NCBI GenBank assembly: GCA_050248995.1
Contig: JBFWRI010000003.1
Coordinates: 28,619 to 92,618 of the forward strand
Length of the DNA: 64,000 nucleotides
DNA from: Bdellovibrionales bacterium
GTDB lineage: Bacteria; Pseudomonadota; Alphaproteobacteria; JAIXQD01
Reading direction: 5' to 3'
Part shown: in pieces, positions 16,313 through 26,681 of the stretch
How the letters are laid out: every line of letters starts with the position of its first letter
Position numbering within the stretch: the stretch's first letter is position 1
Made by a program: the position numbers and the translations under genes
The notes under the pieces: generated by a model
What the model was told of the DNA's origin: nothing
The model's input: the letters and a program-made list of their open reading frames with translations, nothing else
Databases searched by the model: none

Positions 16313-18337
16313 CTATCCATTGCCGAACAACCCACCACCAAACAGACCACCCGTCAGAGGTTCCACGGCAGGCAATGATGTAATGGTCGCGACCGGCAGG
16401 ATTTCGGCGACGGGCAGTATATCCGCTTCCGGCATACTATCCAACAGCAGCGTGTCCACGATATCCAGCGAACTTTCAACTGCGCCAGCCAGTTCCGGCA
16501 GCATGGTTATGCTTTCGTCAACGAATTGTGTCGGCTCGACTTGCTCTAAAACAGCGGTGGCATCGATATCCTCATCGACCGCTCCGCCTGGTTCCAAGAT
16601 CCCACCCAGCATATCCGGATTCATGTCCGGCAGCATCTCGGTCGTACCAACAACAAGGGTACTGTTATTATCACCTTGCGTATCAAGCGTCAGCCATGAC
16701 GAATTCAGCAGGTCAGTATTCGATTCCGAAGCCGTATGAGAAAGAAGGTCAATGTCGATCAAGTCGTTATCTTCAGCCTGGTCCGACCGGCTAAGGATAT
16801 CAATGTCCACCAGATCGTTATCACTAGCAGTGGCATTGCTGGCATTCTCGCCCAGAATGCCTATATCAAGGTCGATGATGTCGTCGTCCTGAACAGCCTG
16901 TGTCGAGTTACTTCCCAGCAGCGCCACTCCGACGTCAGCGATGTCATTGTCATCACCTGCCTGCTGCGCATTGTTCCCCAATATACCCGCATCAAGATCC
17001 ACGGTATCGCTGTCTGTCAGCACGGCGACGTTGTTGTCTTGCAACAGGGCGATATCGCCGTCGACAGGATCATTGTCCGTGGTTGTGCCACGCTCAAAGC
17101 CCGACCCCGTAACACCTGGCGAGGCAAGATCAATCAGACCGGACGCACCAATCAAGTCTGGGGCCACCGAAGCGATATCGTCCACACCTGCTACGTTAAG
17201 GATATTGCCGGTCTGTTCATTAGCAACGTCCTGAGCCAAGCCCGTTATATTCGTCAGCATATCAAGCCCCCCTTCTGCGCCTGCATCGACGCTATCTGTC
17301 AATGTCGCTTCTAAAAGTGCATTGAAAACATTCCCCCACCCATCCTGTGTGGCGGCCATAACATCTGCCGCCACTGCCGTAACGCCATCAGTCATACCGT
17401 TCACCATCAGCAAAGTGTCCTCAACGAGGTTGCCGGCATCCCCGGCCGCAAGAGAAGCCAACATGTCAGGCAGCGGTTCGGTTACCGGTGATAAAACAGT
17501 TTCCACACTCTCTGTGGCAGCCGCCAGCAGGCGTGTTGCTGTTTGTGTTATGTCAACCACAGTTTCCAGCGTGCTATCAACAACTGGCGCCAAGGCCGGC
17601 AGTTCGGGCAGGATGCTGTTCCCGATTATTCCTTCAGCGATACCCCGTACGGGAGCCTCTATGCTTTCCACGATCTCGCTGACGGTTTCCGCCAGCGGCG
17701 TAACCGCGTCTGTTGCTGCATCTGTCACGGCTTCAATAAGCGTGTCGATGGTTTCACCAACATTATCTGTGATATCTGCAACCGGCAAGAATTCTGGTGA
17801 TATCGTATCAGTGAGGGTCTCGCCTACCGGCAGCCATGCTGGTGCCTTCGTATCTGCTTCCATGGCAGCAGAAGCATCGTTGCCGGCAAAACCGGGCAAT
17901 GACGGCGCCTGAGGCAGGCCCGCGCCAGCTACATTTTCCAGCGAGGTTGGAACACCGGCTATGTCGGACATCAGGAAGGGCGGTGCATCTGCCAACGCAG
18001 TGCCGTCATCCGGCCTTCTACCGTTGGCACCGGCACTGTCTGCTGCCAGATCTGCAGGCAGGCGCAGGCGACCTATAACATCCTCGAGCGCGACATCGGG
18101 AAGCCCGCCGGCCCGCAGTGCCGAAGGGCTGGCCATATTCGCGATAGCAAGATTTTCATCAAGGCGCATCACGCCAGCAAGATGCCTCTCTGAAGCAGCG
18201 TCGTAATTGATAACATGACCGATATTCAGGTTGCCCGTAGCGGCAACATTCTCCAGATCCATATTCAGCGACTGGCCGCCAAAGATATTGGCTTCACTTA
18301 GTTTGCTGGAAACTTTACTTGCAAGGTCAGTCAGCAT
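16313..18337 (-). CDS. putative type I secretion substrate: acidic, Cys-free repeat protein with Gly-rich C-terminus
   Basis: About 675 aa from MLTDLASKV (GGAG 8 nt upstream; the ORF-track start 18523 is an extension). Very high D/E/A/T/V content. Tandem repeats of roughly 20 aa (DNDIADVGVALLGSN / DDDIIDLDIGILGEN / DNDLVDIDILS / DNDLIDIDLLS). C-terminus ...PLTGGLFGGGLFGNG. Directly upstream of the ABC-ABC-HlyD genes. Confidence 0.6.
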   Translation of the reverse strand: MLTDLASKVSSKLSEANIFGGQSLNMDLENVAATGNLNIGHVINYDAASERHLAGVMRLDENLAIANMASPSALRAGGLPDVALEDVIGRLRLPADLAADSAGANGRRPDDGTALADAPPFLMSDIAGVPTSLENVAGAGLPQAPSLPGFAGNDASAAMEADTKAPAWLPVGETLTDTISPEFLPVADITDNVGETIDTLIEAVTDAATDAVTPLAETVSEIVESIEAPVRGIAEGIIGNSILPELPALAPVVDSTLETVVDITQTATRLLAAATESVETVLSPVTEPLPDMLASLAAGDAGNLVEDTLLMVNGMTDGVTAVAADVMAATQDGWGNVFNALLEATLTDSVDAGAEGGLDMLTNITGLAQDVANEQTGNILNVAGVDDIASVAPDLIGASGLIDLASPGVTGSGFERGTTTDNDPVDGDIALLQDNNVAVLTDSDTVDLDAGILGNNAQQAGDDNDIADVGVALLGSNSTQAVQDDDIIDLDIGILGENASNATASDNDLVDIDILSRSDQAEDNDLIDIDLLSHTASESNTDLLNSSWLTLDTQGDNNSTLVVGTTEMLPDMNPDMLGGILEPGGAVDEDIDATAVLEQVEPTQFVDESITMLPELAGAVESSLDIVDTLLLDSMPEADILPVAEILPVATITSLPAVEPLTGGLFGGGLFGNG

Positions 18338-18561
18338 CGCGGTCTCCATATGAATATGTGAAAATGAACGAGCGATAGAAAACACCACGACCTTAGCGCG
18401 CCGGTTTTGCGAACGGCTTAATGGGCGACATATGGATTGCAGAGAAATTGAAATGGATTTTAAGCACTGCGGAACAGAGCGTCGGCTGCGACGTCCTTGG
18501 TATCCTGCGTCCGGATGATGCAAACGGGCACCAGTACCAATGGTTACATGTGTACGTACGG

Positions 18562-19059
18562 TTATGTAGGCGTGCGGCGCGCGCGGTGCTTAGGAATGGC
18601 GCCTGAGGCAGGATGTTGTGAGCGCCGCGCATCACGAGCCTTCATCGCGTCTTTATAATAATACGGGTTCTGGCGCTGGGCCGCCACACCCCCGCGGCTG
18701 ACCGACGCTTCGCTGATCATCAACCCGTGATCCTTCCCCAACGTTTCTTCTACAATGTCCAGCACAAGGTCGTAAGCTTCGCGGATATCTTCTGTTGCTG
18801 CCACTTCCATGCGGAAGCCGACAACGCCGCGCCGGCCATCGCGGGCGTACTTCTGTCGGTTCGGATTGCGGCGCGTATAACGCGCTGTGGGATGGACGGC
18901 AGGACCGATGAAGCTGAAGTGACCGCTGTCGCACAACGCCATTTCCAGTGCATAGGCATCTTTCATCGGCATCAGCGGAAAGTGATATTCGTCGCCATGC
19001 GGCCACGGATTGTCCTGCTGCAGGCGCGGCGTCAGGATAACGAATTCAATTTTTTCCAT
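18562..19059 (-). CDS. hypothetical protein (166 aa), likely co-transcribed with nucleoside hydrolase
   Basis: Start MEKIEFVILTP. Overlaps the upstream nucleoside hydrolase stop by 14 nt. Confidence 0.45.
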   Translation of the reverse strand: MEKIEFVILTPRLQQDNPWPHGDEYHFPLMPMKDAYALEMALCDSGHFSFIGPAVHPTARYTRRNPNRQKYARDGRRGVVGFRMEVAATEDIREAYDLVLDIVEETLGKDHGLMISEASVSRGGVAAQRQNPYYYKDAMKARDARRSQHPASGAIPKHRARRTPT

Positions 19060-20026
19060 GGTGCTTTTCCTGCAAAAGCTTCTTGAAACTGCCACATACT
19101 ATATCGAAGACAGCATCGGGGTCACGTTGCTTTTCCATCACAAGAATATTGCTGTCAGCGCGCGGCGTAAAGACGCTGTGCCCCTTGTTGCCGTCGGTTA
19201 GGTCAACGGCGATGTCACCACGCTGGCCTTCGTACAGGTCAGGCTGCGCCAGGTAAACGGCCGTATGCACGTCATGCATAAACGCTGAAGCACCGAATTT
19301 CCGCATGTCGATTTCAGCCGGCACTTTCATCAGGCTGACGACGGTTTCCAATTCTGGCATCCCTGCCAGCTCCCGTCGCAGTATTGACTCGCGCACCGGC
19401 GTGAAATCCAGCTGCTGAGTGCAGTTCATCGGCAGCACAACCAGCGGCAGACCGCTTGTCATCACAGTTGCCGCATCGTTTGGCGCCATGTGAAAGTTGA
19501 ATTCAGCGTATGGCGTCAGATTACCCTGCCGCACCGGCATATCCTTGGCTGGCAGCGGTTTCGTGCAGGCACCCATAATGACAATCTGCTTCACGCGACG
19601 CATGGCTTCCGGGTCTTTCCTGAACGCGACTGCAATATTGGTCAGTGGGCCAGTGGCCGTAATGGTAACACTGCCTGACGGATGTGCCTTCAGCGTTTCC
19701 AGAATAAAGTCTTCGGCCATCTGCGTTTGCGGCTCGTTTTCAGGCGGCGGCAGCACCACACCGCCAACGCCGCTTGATCCATAAGCATCATCACCTTCAG
19801 GTGATGGCTCGTTACTGGGCCCTGCTGCGCCCGGATATCGCTTAATATCGCTAACGCCAAAAAAGCCTTGGATACTTCCGGCGTTATAAAAAACCTGTTT
19901 CTGGGTTGTGTTGCCGAACGTCGCTGTGATGCCAAGGATTTTGAACCTCTCAGGCTGGGCTGCCAGCACAAGGAATACCTGTGCATCATCGCTGCCCCAG
20001 TCGCCATCACATATAATAAGTTCCAT
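19046..20026 (-). CDS. inosine-uridine-preferring nucleoside hydrolase family protein
   Basis: N-terminal MELIICDGDWGSDDAQVFLVLAA matches the IU-NH aspartate cluster motif (DxDxxxDD). About 326 aa. Confidence 0.75.
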   Translation of the reverse strand: MELIICDGDWGSDDAQVFLVLAAQPERFKILGITATFGNTTQKQVFYNAGSIQGFFGVSDIKRYPGAAGPSNEPSPEGDDAYGSSGVGGVVLPPPENEPQTQMAEDFILETLKAHPSGSVTITATGPLTNIAVAFRKDPEAMRRVKQIVIMGACTKPLPAKDMPVRQGNLTPYAEFNFHMAPNDAATVMTSGLPLVVLPMNCTQQLDFTPVRESILRRELAGMPELETVVSLMKVPAEIDMRKFGASAFMHDVHTAVYLAQPDLYEGQRGDIAVDLTDGNKGHSVFTPRADSNILVMEKQRDPDAVFDIVCGSFKKLLQEKHHGKN

Positions 20027-20119
20027 AAGCGGCCACCTTAGGCGCACTGGAAAAAACCACCAGCCCGAAACGGGATATCAGGCGGCCAGATGCGGTAGCA
20101 ATTTGGCGGCTTGTTGTTT

Positions 20120-20302
20120 TCAGGCGCGTACGGCGCCTGCATTGAACGGATCGTCTCTTTTAGTGTAGATGAATTCGGCAGCGCCCAGCAGAATCACAGC
20201 TACCGGTATGTCCTGGCTGTTGTATGCATCGATGCCTGCCTGCCACAATGTTTGGGCGTCGCGGCTACTTATTGCTTTATGTATGTGCTCAAAATCCGGC
20301 AT
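20120..20302 (-). CDS. small hypothetical protein (60 aa)
   Basis: Strong SD AAGGGGA 5 nt upstream of ATG (MPDFEHIHKAIS...). The longer track ORF 20120..20476 would run through the tRNA-Gln gene and is rejected. Confidence 0.35.
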   Translation of the reverse strand: MPDFEHIHKAISSRDAQTLWQAGIDAYNSQDIPVAVILLGAAEFIYTKRDDPFNAGAVRA

Positions 20303-20337
20303 CGCAATCCCCTTACACCAACATGAAGTGTAAAGAA

Positions 20338-20412
20338 TGGTTGGGGTACCAGGATTCGAACCTGGGAATGTCGGTACCAAAAACCGATGCCTTACCGCTT
20401 GGCGATACCCCA
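20338..20412 (-). tRNA. tRNA-Gln (anticodon UUG)
   Basis: The reverse complement reads TGGGGTATCGCCAAGCGGTAAGGCATCGGTTTTTGGTACCGACATTCCCAGGTTCGAATCCTGGTACCCCAACCA, close to E. coli tRNA-Gln. Anticodon loop TTTTGGT. Confidence 0.9.
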
Positions 20413-20582
20413 CCAATCTGTGCCACCCAAGGGTAGCATGGGCCGCGAAAATAGCGGCCACCCCCTGAAATCGCAAGGCTTATTCGCAAAAACAGGGGCT
20501 TACGACCAAAAAGTCACACTCAGAATGGGCTTGCCCTCACCCCCCTAATTGTTAAAAAATCAGCAATGAATGCTGGTTACAG

Positions 20583-21644
20583 TTGGCCTTGAAAAGCAAG
20601 AAGGCCGGCTTCAGGCCGGTCCGCAGGGTTTTAGAAAAGTTTATGCCGTACTCATCTGACGACCTTCCTTCCTTCCGTCGCGATCGCTCGCAGGACCGCC
20701 CGCCCGTACGGCGTGCACCACCATCAAGCCTGCCCAGCATCGGCAATGGCCAGCGCATGGCGGAAATGGAAGCAACACTGCAGGCGCTACAACAGCAGGC
20801 GCTCGAACTCAACGATTATCAGAACCACCGCCTGCGCAAATGGGTCATGACCGGCCTGATGCTGGTCGCCATTGCCGGTGGCGGCGCTTATGTCTATGGC
20901 ATCATGCAAGCCGACCGGCTTGCCGAACAGCAGGCTGAGGCGCGCGCCGCACAAATTATCGCCGAGGAAAAGGCGGCGGCCGAAGCGGCGGCCAATGCCG
21001 GCATCCGCCTGATCCCGTCGGCTGATCCTGCTGTGCTGAAGTTGCAAAAGAAAGCCGCGACAGGTGATGTGAAAGCGCAATTCGAACTGGCAATGCGTTA
21101 CGAACAGGGCAACGGCGTTGCGCCCGACAAACCGCTGGCGCAAAGCCTGCTGCAGAACGCCGCCGCCGCTGGCAATCCCGATGCGATGATGGAACTGGGT
21201 AGTGCTTATTTAACAGGCCGTTTCGGCAACCCCGATCGCCACGCCGCGCTGCGCTGGCTGGAAGCCGCTGCCACATCAGGCCACGCGCTGGCCGCCTTCA
21301 AGCTGGGCGAACTTTATGAAAGCGGTCTTGATGGCGCGCCCGATAACGCCTTGGCGATGGGTTGGTACCAACGCGCCGCTGGCTTGGGTTCCGACCCCGC
21401 GCTTGTCGCCATCGCTCGCCTGGCACCGAAGAAGCCGCCGATTACGGGCGAGGAAATCAAGCGCATACAGGTTTCGCTGCGCATGCTGGGTTACAACATC
21501 GGCATCGCCGACGGCAAGATCGGTAACCAGACAACGGACGCCATCAAGGCTTACCAGACACAGGTGGGCATGATGGCCGATGGTCGCCCGTCGTACTTCC
21601 TGCTGGAAAAGCTGGAAGAAGAACGCACCATGCAGGGCGGTTAG
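20583..21644 (+). CDS. Sel1-repeat protein with TM anchor and C-terminal peptidoglycan-binding domain
   Basis: TM helix MTGLMLVAIAGGGAYVYGIM. Sel1-like repeats (AQFELAMRYEQGNGV..., MMELGSAYLTGRFG..., AAFKLGELYESGLDG..., AMGWYQRAA). C-terminal PG_binding_1-like segment IKRIQVSLRMLGYNIGIADGKIGNQTTDAIKAYQ. True start possibly internal (MPYSS at 20643 or MAEME at 20757). Confidence 0.7.
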   Translation: MALKSKKAGFRPVRRVLEKFMPYSSDDLPSFRRDRSQDRPPVRRAPPSSLPSIGNGQRMAEMEATLQALQQQALELNDYQNHRLRKWVMTGLMLVAIAGGGAYVYGIMQADRLAEQQAEARAAQIIAEEKAAAEAAANAGIRLIPSADPAVLKLQKKAATGDVKAQFELAMRYEQGNGVAPDKPLAQSLLQNAAAAGNPDAMMELGSAYLTGRFGNPDRHAALRWLEAAATSGHALAAFKLGELYESGLDGAPDNALAMGWYQRAAGLGSDPALVAIARLAPKKPPITGEEIKRIQVSLRMLGYNIGIADGKIGNQTTDAIKAYQTQVGMMADGRPSYFLLEKLEEERTMQGG

Positions 21645-23020
21645 GCTTCTGCCGTTGCGATAGCGCCGCTAGGCTTTAATTCATCTGCCGGACGTTTACT
21701 GGCCGGAGCAACTTCAGCTATAACTTCTTGCAGCTCAGCAAGACTCGGCGCCTGCGCCGCATCAGAAACGCTGCTCATCAGCGCCATGGGCCGCTGCAGC
21801 AAATCTAGGGCGAATGCGCGCACATCGGCAGGCGACAGCGCATCACAGATGGCCATCTTTTCAGCGGGCGTGATAAACGGGAAGCCATCTCCAATCATTG
21901 CCACTGTATCATTGATGATCATGGGGCCTGTCTTTTCGTAGCGCGTATCGCTGTCGCGCGCACCACGATGAATCATCCTGAACTTTTCTTCATCAACTTC
22001 TATTCCCGCCTCAACAACATACTGGATAAAACCGCGCCAGGCCTGCAGGGCCTGTTCTTTGGTGTTATAGGGAAAGTTTATACTCATTGATGCCATGGCA
22101 AGATTGTTGCTGGGCCAGCAGCTGGCATCATACCCTTTCTTTTGCTTCAATGTATAATCACGCCAGTAACGCGACAGATACTCAGCCGCAAGCGCAGATT
22201 TTATCTGCTCTCTGACATCGAGCGGCACAGGCAAGTCAAAAACTATGAAGGCCGAGTTTTCTTTTATGTGCTCGCTCACATTGACAGTTTCACCAGAATG
22301 AAATGGCATTGGCGACTTGCGCATATATTCGCCCGGCTTCACTGCAGAGAAAGTATCATCAAGGGCTTTCGCCAACTCCAGCGGAAAAGTGGGGCCGGTA
22401 ACAACAAAGAGAAACCGTGAAGCTGTGTAATACTTGCCGTGAAAGTCTCGCAGGTCTTCGACCGTTGTTCCTGCAGCATCGCTTACTTCACCGATGCGAC
22501 TAATACCAGGGGCAAAGCAATCCGGGCGGATCTTTCGGACAAAGTCTGCCTGAGCTTCCCGGTCAGGATTTTGCGCCATCTGCCGTTCCCGAAGATGAAT
22601 CTCGCTGATAATCCGTATACGCTCAGCATCCATGGCGGTGGGATTTATACTAGGCGTCAGCGCTGACCGCACAAGGCTGGTCATAGCCGGAACCAGCTCA
22701 TCCTTGCGCAATGTTATGGTTTCACCATAGCCCGATGCGATATTTGTCAGAAAGTCCGACGTCGAAGCGCCGATATGCTGGTAGTAGTTTTTCTCAAAGT
22801 ATTCAGAGAGACTTATATCAGGAACTTCATCCGAACCTTCGAACAGCATGTGTTCAAGAAAGTGTGCGAGGCCCGGCTTACGGTCATAGTCGTCATAGTG
22901 TCCGGCAAATACATAGGCACCGACGGCATAGTTGGGTGACGGCGTATGCTGGATGTAAAGAAGCCGCGCGCCGTTCGCCAGTTCGACTTCACAACCCCCA
23001 TCATGTTCGATAATTTTCAT
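21641..23020 (-). CDS. M16 family zinc metallopeptidase (pitrilysin/insulinase-like)
   Basis: Inverted zinc motif HFLEHMLFEGS (HxxEH) near the N-terminus. 459 aa. Lower GC than neighbours by eye. Confidence 0.8.
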   Translation of the reverse strand: MKIIEHDGGCEVELANGARLLYIQHTPSPNYAVGAYVFAGHYDDYDRKPGLAHFLEHMLFEGSDEVPDISLSEYFEKNYYQHIGASTSDFLTNIASGYGETITLRKDELVPAMTSLVRSALTPSINPTAMDAERIRIISEIHLRERQMAQNPDREAQADFVRKIRPDCFAPGISRIGEVSDAAGTTVEDLRDFHGKYYTASRFLFVVTGPTFPLELAKALDDTFSAVKPGEYMRKSPMPFHSGETVNVSEHIKENSAFIVFDLPVPLDVREQIKSALAAEYLSRYWRDYTLKQKKGYDASCWPSNNLAMASMSINFPYNTKEQALQAWRGFIQYVVEAGIEVDEEKFRMIHRGARDSDTRYEKTGPMIINDTVAMIGDGFPFITPAEKMAICDALSPADVRAFALDLLQRPMALMSSVSDAAQAPSLAELQEVIAEVAPASKRPADELKPSGAIATAEA

Positions 23021-23156
23021 GCAACTAGTTTTAAAGCTCTTGGCTGAAAGTAAAAGACATTTAAGGCGCTGTAAGAGAACAAGAAAAGCTGAAATACTGT
23101 CGCACCTACAGCTTGTTTAGCTCTTTACTTTCGTAATTCTCCCATAAATTCAGATC

Positions 23157-23936
23157 ATGTTTAGCCACAGTCTCACCCTTGGCGACGATATCGCGTTGAT
23201 GCGCGCCGATCCTGATGTGCCGATTGCGCAAGCACTGGCGTGGCACCGGCAAGCGTGGAATTTTGACGGCGAAGAAGATATCGTGCACGAACTGGCGCAC
23301 GTTCTGCTGGCAGCGGCGGGCGTGACACCGTCGCAAGGCACATGGTTGGCCGAGCTGTATGTCACCAACCTTTTTCAGGCCATTCATCGCACGGTTGAAA
23401 CGGGCGCCACCTGCCCAACAGCGGCCGAACTGGCGGATGCGCACCGCGCGCCTGTCATCAAGGGTTTCGCCGCCAAGGTGCTGGTGGCCGAAAACCTGCA
23501 GAACACCCTTGCTTGCCTGCTGGCGCGCGCGGCCGGCCGCACCGAACGCGAGATCCTGCATGAAAACCATTATGACCGCGCCAACCTGATGGATGCCTGC
23601 CGCAAAGCCGGAATTGATGTGACATGGCGCCGCACGTCCAACCGCACAACCGGCTGGAGTGCCGATAACTGGCATTACGATCTGCTGACGCCGGGCGCAA
23701 ACAATTTGCCTGTTGCCGAATTCTTCCTGCCGTCGGCCGACGAAGCGCAGGTCGTTTACGCCAAAGTCTTGCCGCGGCTTACCGGTGTGATTGATTATAT
23801 CCGGACGAATCTTAATGGTATGGACATGGCGGCGGTGCGCAACCATCTGGCAGCGGCACCCTGCTCGCTGTTGCTGGGCCCTGCGCCGGCCCCGACTGCA
23901 TCCTTCATCATGACAGCTGACAAGTTCATCCCGTAA
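23157..23936 (+). CDS. hypothetical protein (259 aa)
   Basis: Codon usage is protein-like. The overlapping minus-strand ORF 23106..23846 is Arg-rich antisense-like and rejected. Confidence 0.45.
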   Translation: MFSHSLTLGDDIALMRADPDVPIAQALAWHRQAWNFDGEEDIVHELAHVLLAAAGVTPSQGTWLAELYVTNLFQAIHRTVETGATCPTAAELADAHRAPVIKGFAAKVLVAENLQNTLACLLARAAGRTEREILHENHYDRANLMDACRKAGIDVTWRRTSNRTTGWSADNWHYDLLTPGANNLPVAEFFLPSADEAQVVYAKVLPRLTGVIDYIRTNLNGMDMAAVRNHLAAAPCSLLLGPAPAPTASFIMTADKFIP

Positions 23937-23951
23937 ACTTGTCAGTAGAAA

Positions 23952-26681
23952 CTACATCTTCCCGTGACACTGCTTGAATTTTTTGCCGCTGCCGCACGGG
24001 CATGGCGCGTTGCGCTGCACCGTGGCCGACCATGTCGCCGGGTCATCCTGGTTGAAGGCTGGCTTGCGCATCACCTGTGCCGTCGGCAGGCGGCGGTCTT
24101 CCATGCCTTCCGGCAGGGCATCGCTGAAAGGATTGCTGCTGCCGTGGCTTTCGGCGGCCAGTGCCGCCTGCTGGCGGGCCCGGGCGGCCATTTCCTCGGG
24201 TGATGGCACGCTGATCTCGGTCTTGATTAAAATCGATGTCGCCAGACGGCGCACTTCATCCATCAGGCTGCCGAACAGCAGGAATGCTTCGCGGCTGTAT
24301 TCGTTCAGCGGGTCGCGCTGTGCCATCGCGCGCAGGCCGATACCCTGCCGCACATGGTCAAGCGCCAGCAGGTGTTCTTTCCACGTCATATCCAATGTCT
24401 GTAGCACAACGGCTTTTTCCGCCTGGCGCAGACCGTCGGCGCCCAATGTATCTTCTTTTAGTTTCATGCGTGCCGCGCACGCAGCTTCGATGCGCTCCTT
24501 GATCTCGGTGGCCGTCACGCCGTCTTCGGCGGCCCACGCCTCGACCGGCAGATCAAGGCCCAGCAAGCCATATACATTGTTCTTCAGGCCTTCTACATCC
24601 CACTGCTCGGCATAGCTGTTTTCGGGCACCGCGGGGTCGACAAGATTATCGATCACCTCGGCGCGCATGGCCGCAACCATGTCGGAAACGTCTTCCGCCT
24701 GCATCAGCTCGCGGCGCTGGTCGTAAATCACGCGGCGCTGGTCGTTCATCACGTTATCAAACTTCAGCAGGTTCTTGCGGATATCGAAGTTGCGCGCTTC
24801 GACCTTCTCCTGCGCCTTCAAAAGGCCACGCGTAATCAGCGGGTGCTTGATGACCTCGCCATTGCGCAAGCCCAGCGACTGCATCACGCCCTGCATGCGG
24901 TCGGTGCCGAAGATACGCAGCAAGTCGTCTTCAAGACTCAGGAAGAATTTCGATGCGCCGGGATCGCCCTGGCGGCCTGAACGGCCACGCAGCTGGTTAT
25001 CGATACGCCGGCTTTCGTGGCGCTCGGTGCCGATCACATACAGGCCGCCGGCGCGCTTCACATCCTGCGCCGCCGTCGCGATCTCGGCCTTGATCTGCGC
25101 TTCCTTCGCTTCGCGTACCGGCCCTGCTTCCATCTCGCCCAGCTCTTCGGCGATACGCATGTCGGCGTTGCCGCCCAGCTGGATATCGGTACCGCGGCCT
25201 GCCATGTTGGTGGCGATTGTCACCGCACCCGGCCGTCCGGCCTGCGCGATAATCGCCGACTCCTGTTCGTGGTGACGCGCGTTCAGCACGTTGTGCGGTA
25301 TCTTGCGGCGCTTCAGCTCTTCCGACAACTGCTCGGAACGTTCGATCGACACAGTACCCACCAGCACAGGCTGGCCACGCTCACGGCACTGCAATATCTG
25401 CTTGATGATCGCGTCGTATTTTTCCTGCATTGTGCCGTAAACTTCGTCGTCATGGTCCTGGCGCGCAACGGGCACGTTGGTCGGCACCTCGATCACATCA
25501 AGGTTATAGATCTGCCCGAACTCCGGCGCTTCGGTCATCGCTGTGCCGGTCATACCCGCCAGCTTGGGATACAGACGGAAATAGTTCTGGAACGTGATCG
25601 ACGCCAGCGTCTGGTTCTCGCGCTGGATGCTAACGCCTTCCTTGGCTTCCAGCGCCTGGTGCAGGCCTTCGCCGAAGCGGCGGCCTTCCATCATGCGGCC
25701 AGTGAATTCGTCGATGATGATGACCTTGTCGTTGCGCACGATGTAATCGACATCGCGGCTGTATAGCGTGTGGGCGCGCAGCGCCTGCTGCACATGGTGC
25801 ACCACGTCGACGTTGGCCGGACCGTACAGGCCGCCCGGCTGTAGCATGCCAGCATCAGCCAACAGCTGTTCAATATGTTCCTGCCCCGCCTCGGTCAGCA
25901 TCACATTGCGGTGTTTTTCATCCTTCTCGTAATCGACAGGCTGCAGTTGCGGAATGATGCGGTTGACCTTCACATATAGCTCGGAACTATCTTCCGCCGG
26001 GCCGCTGATGATCAGTGGCGTACGCGCTTCGTCAATCAGGATGCTATCGACTTCATCGACGATCGCAAAGTTGAACGGCCGCTGCACCAGGTCATCCAGA
26101 CGGAACTTCATGTTGTCGCGCAGGTAATCAAAGCCGAATTCATTGTTGGTGCCATAAGTGATATCGGCTTTATAGGCGGCCTGACGCTCGTCATCCTCAA
26201 TGCCATGCACGATGCAGCCGGTCGTCAGCCCCAGAAAGGCATACACGCGGCCCATCCATGCACTGTCGCGCTTGGCCAGATAATCGTTGACGGTGATGAC
26301 ATGCACACCCTTGCCTGACAGCGCATTCAGGTATGCAGGCAGCGTTGCAACCAGCGTCTTACCTTCGCCGGTCTTCATTTCAGTGATCTTGCCTTGGTGC
26401 AGCACCATGCCGCCGATCAGCTGCACATCGTAATGACGCTGGCCCAGAACACGGCGGGCCGTTTCGCGCACGGTAGCAAAAGCCTCGGGCAGGATACTGT
26501 CGAGTGTTTTACCCGCGGCCAGCTGGCCTTTCAGCTTGGCGGTCTGGCCGCGCAGCTCGGCGTCAGAAAGAGCACGCAGTTGCGGCTCCAGCGCATTGAT
26601 CTTATCTACCAGTGGCTGGACGCCTTTGACGTATTTTTCGTTCGCGTCGCCGAAAATGGCCCGCGCCAGTGACCCAAGCAT
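23952..26681 (-). CDS. secA: preprotein translocase ATPase SecA
   Basis: 909 aa. N-terminus [11 protein letters not shown]...[19 protein letters not shown]-terminal zinc-binding tail [14 protein letters not shown]. Confidence 0.97.
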   Translation of the reverse strand: MLGSLARAIFGDANEKYVKGVQPLVDKINALEPQLRALSDAELRGQTAKLKGQLAAGKTLDSILPEAFATVRETARRVLGQRHYDVQLIGGMVLHQGKITEMKTGEGKTLVATLPAYLNALSGKGVHVITVNDYLAKRDSAWMGRVYAFLGLTTGCIVHGIEDDERQAAYKADITYGTNNEFGFDYLRDNMKFRLDDLVQRPFNFAIVDEVDSILIDEARTPLIISGPAEDSSELYVKVNRIIPQLQPVDYEKDEKHRNVMLTEAGQEHIEQLLADAGMLQPGGLYGPANVDVVHHVQQALRAHTLYSRDVDYIVRNDKVIIIDEFTGRMMEGRRFGEGLHQALEAKEGVSIQRENQTLASITFQNYFRLYPKLAGMTGTAMTEAPEFGQIYNLDVIEVPTNVPVARQDHDDEVYGTMQEKYDAIIKQILQCRERGQPVLVGTVSIERSEQLSEELKRRKIPHNVLNARHHEQESAIIAQAGRPGAVTIATNMAGRGTDIQLGGNADMRIAEELGEMEAGPVREAKEAQIKAEIATAAQDVKRAGGLYVIGTERHESRRIDNQLRGRSGRQGDPGASKFFLSLEDDLLRIFGTDRMQGVMQSLGLRNGEVIKHPLITRGLLKAQEKVEARNFDIRKNLLKFDNVMNDQRRVIYDQRRELMQAEDVSDMVAAMRAEVIDNLVDPAVPENSYAEQWDVEGLKNNVYGLLGLDLPVEAWAAEDGVTATEIKERIEAACAARMKLKEDTLGADGLRQAEKAVVLQTLDMTWKEHLLALDHVRQGIGLRAMAQRDPLNEYSREAFLLFGSLMDEVRRLATSILIKTEISVPSPEEMAARARQQAALAAESHGSSNPFSDALPEGMEDRRLPTAQVMRKPAFNQDDPATWSATVQRNAPCPCGSGKKFKQCHGKM

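Noticed and set aside
20120-20476. 118-aa minus-strand ORF from the six-frame track
   Set aside because: It spans the tRNA-Gln gene (20338-20412). Only the 3' 60-codon portion with its own SD is retained as a low-confidence gene.
23106-23846. 246-aa minus-strand ORF overlapping the 23157..23936 gene
   Set aside because: Arg-rich, low-complexity antisense-like translation. The plus-strand frame has normal codon usage.
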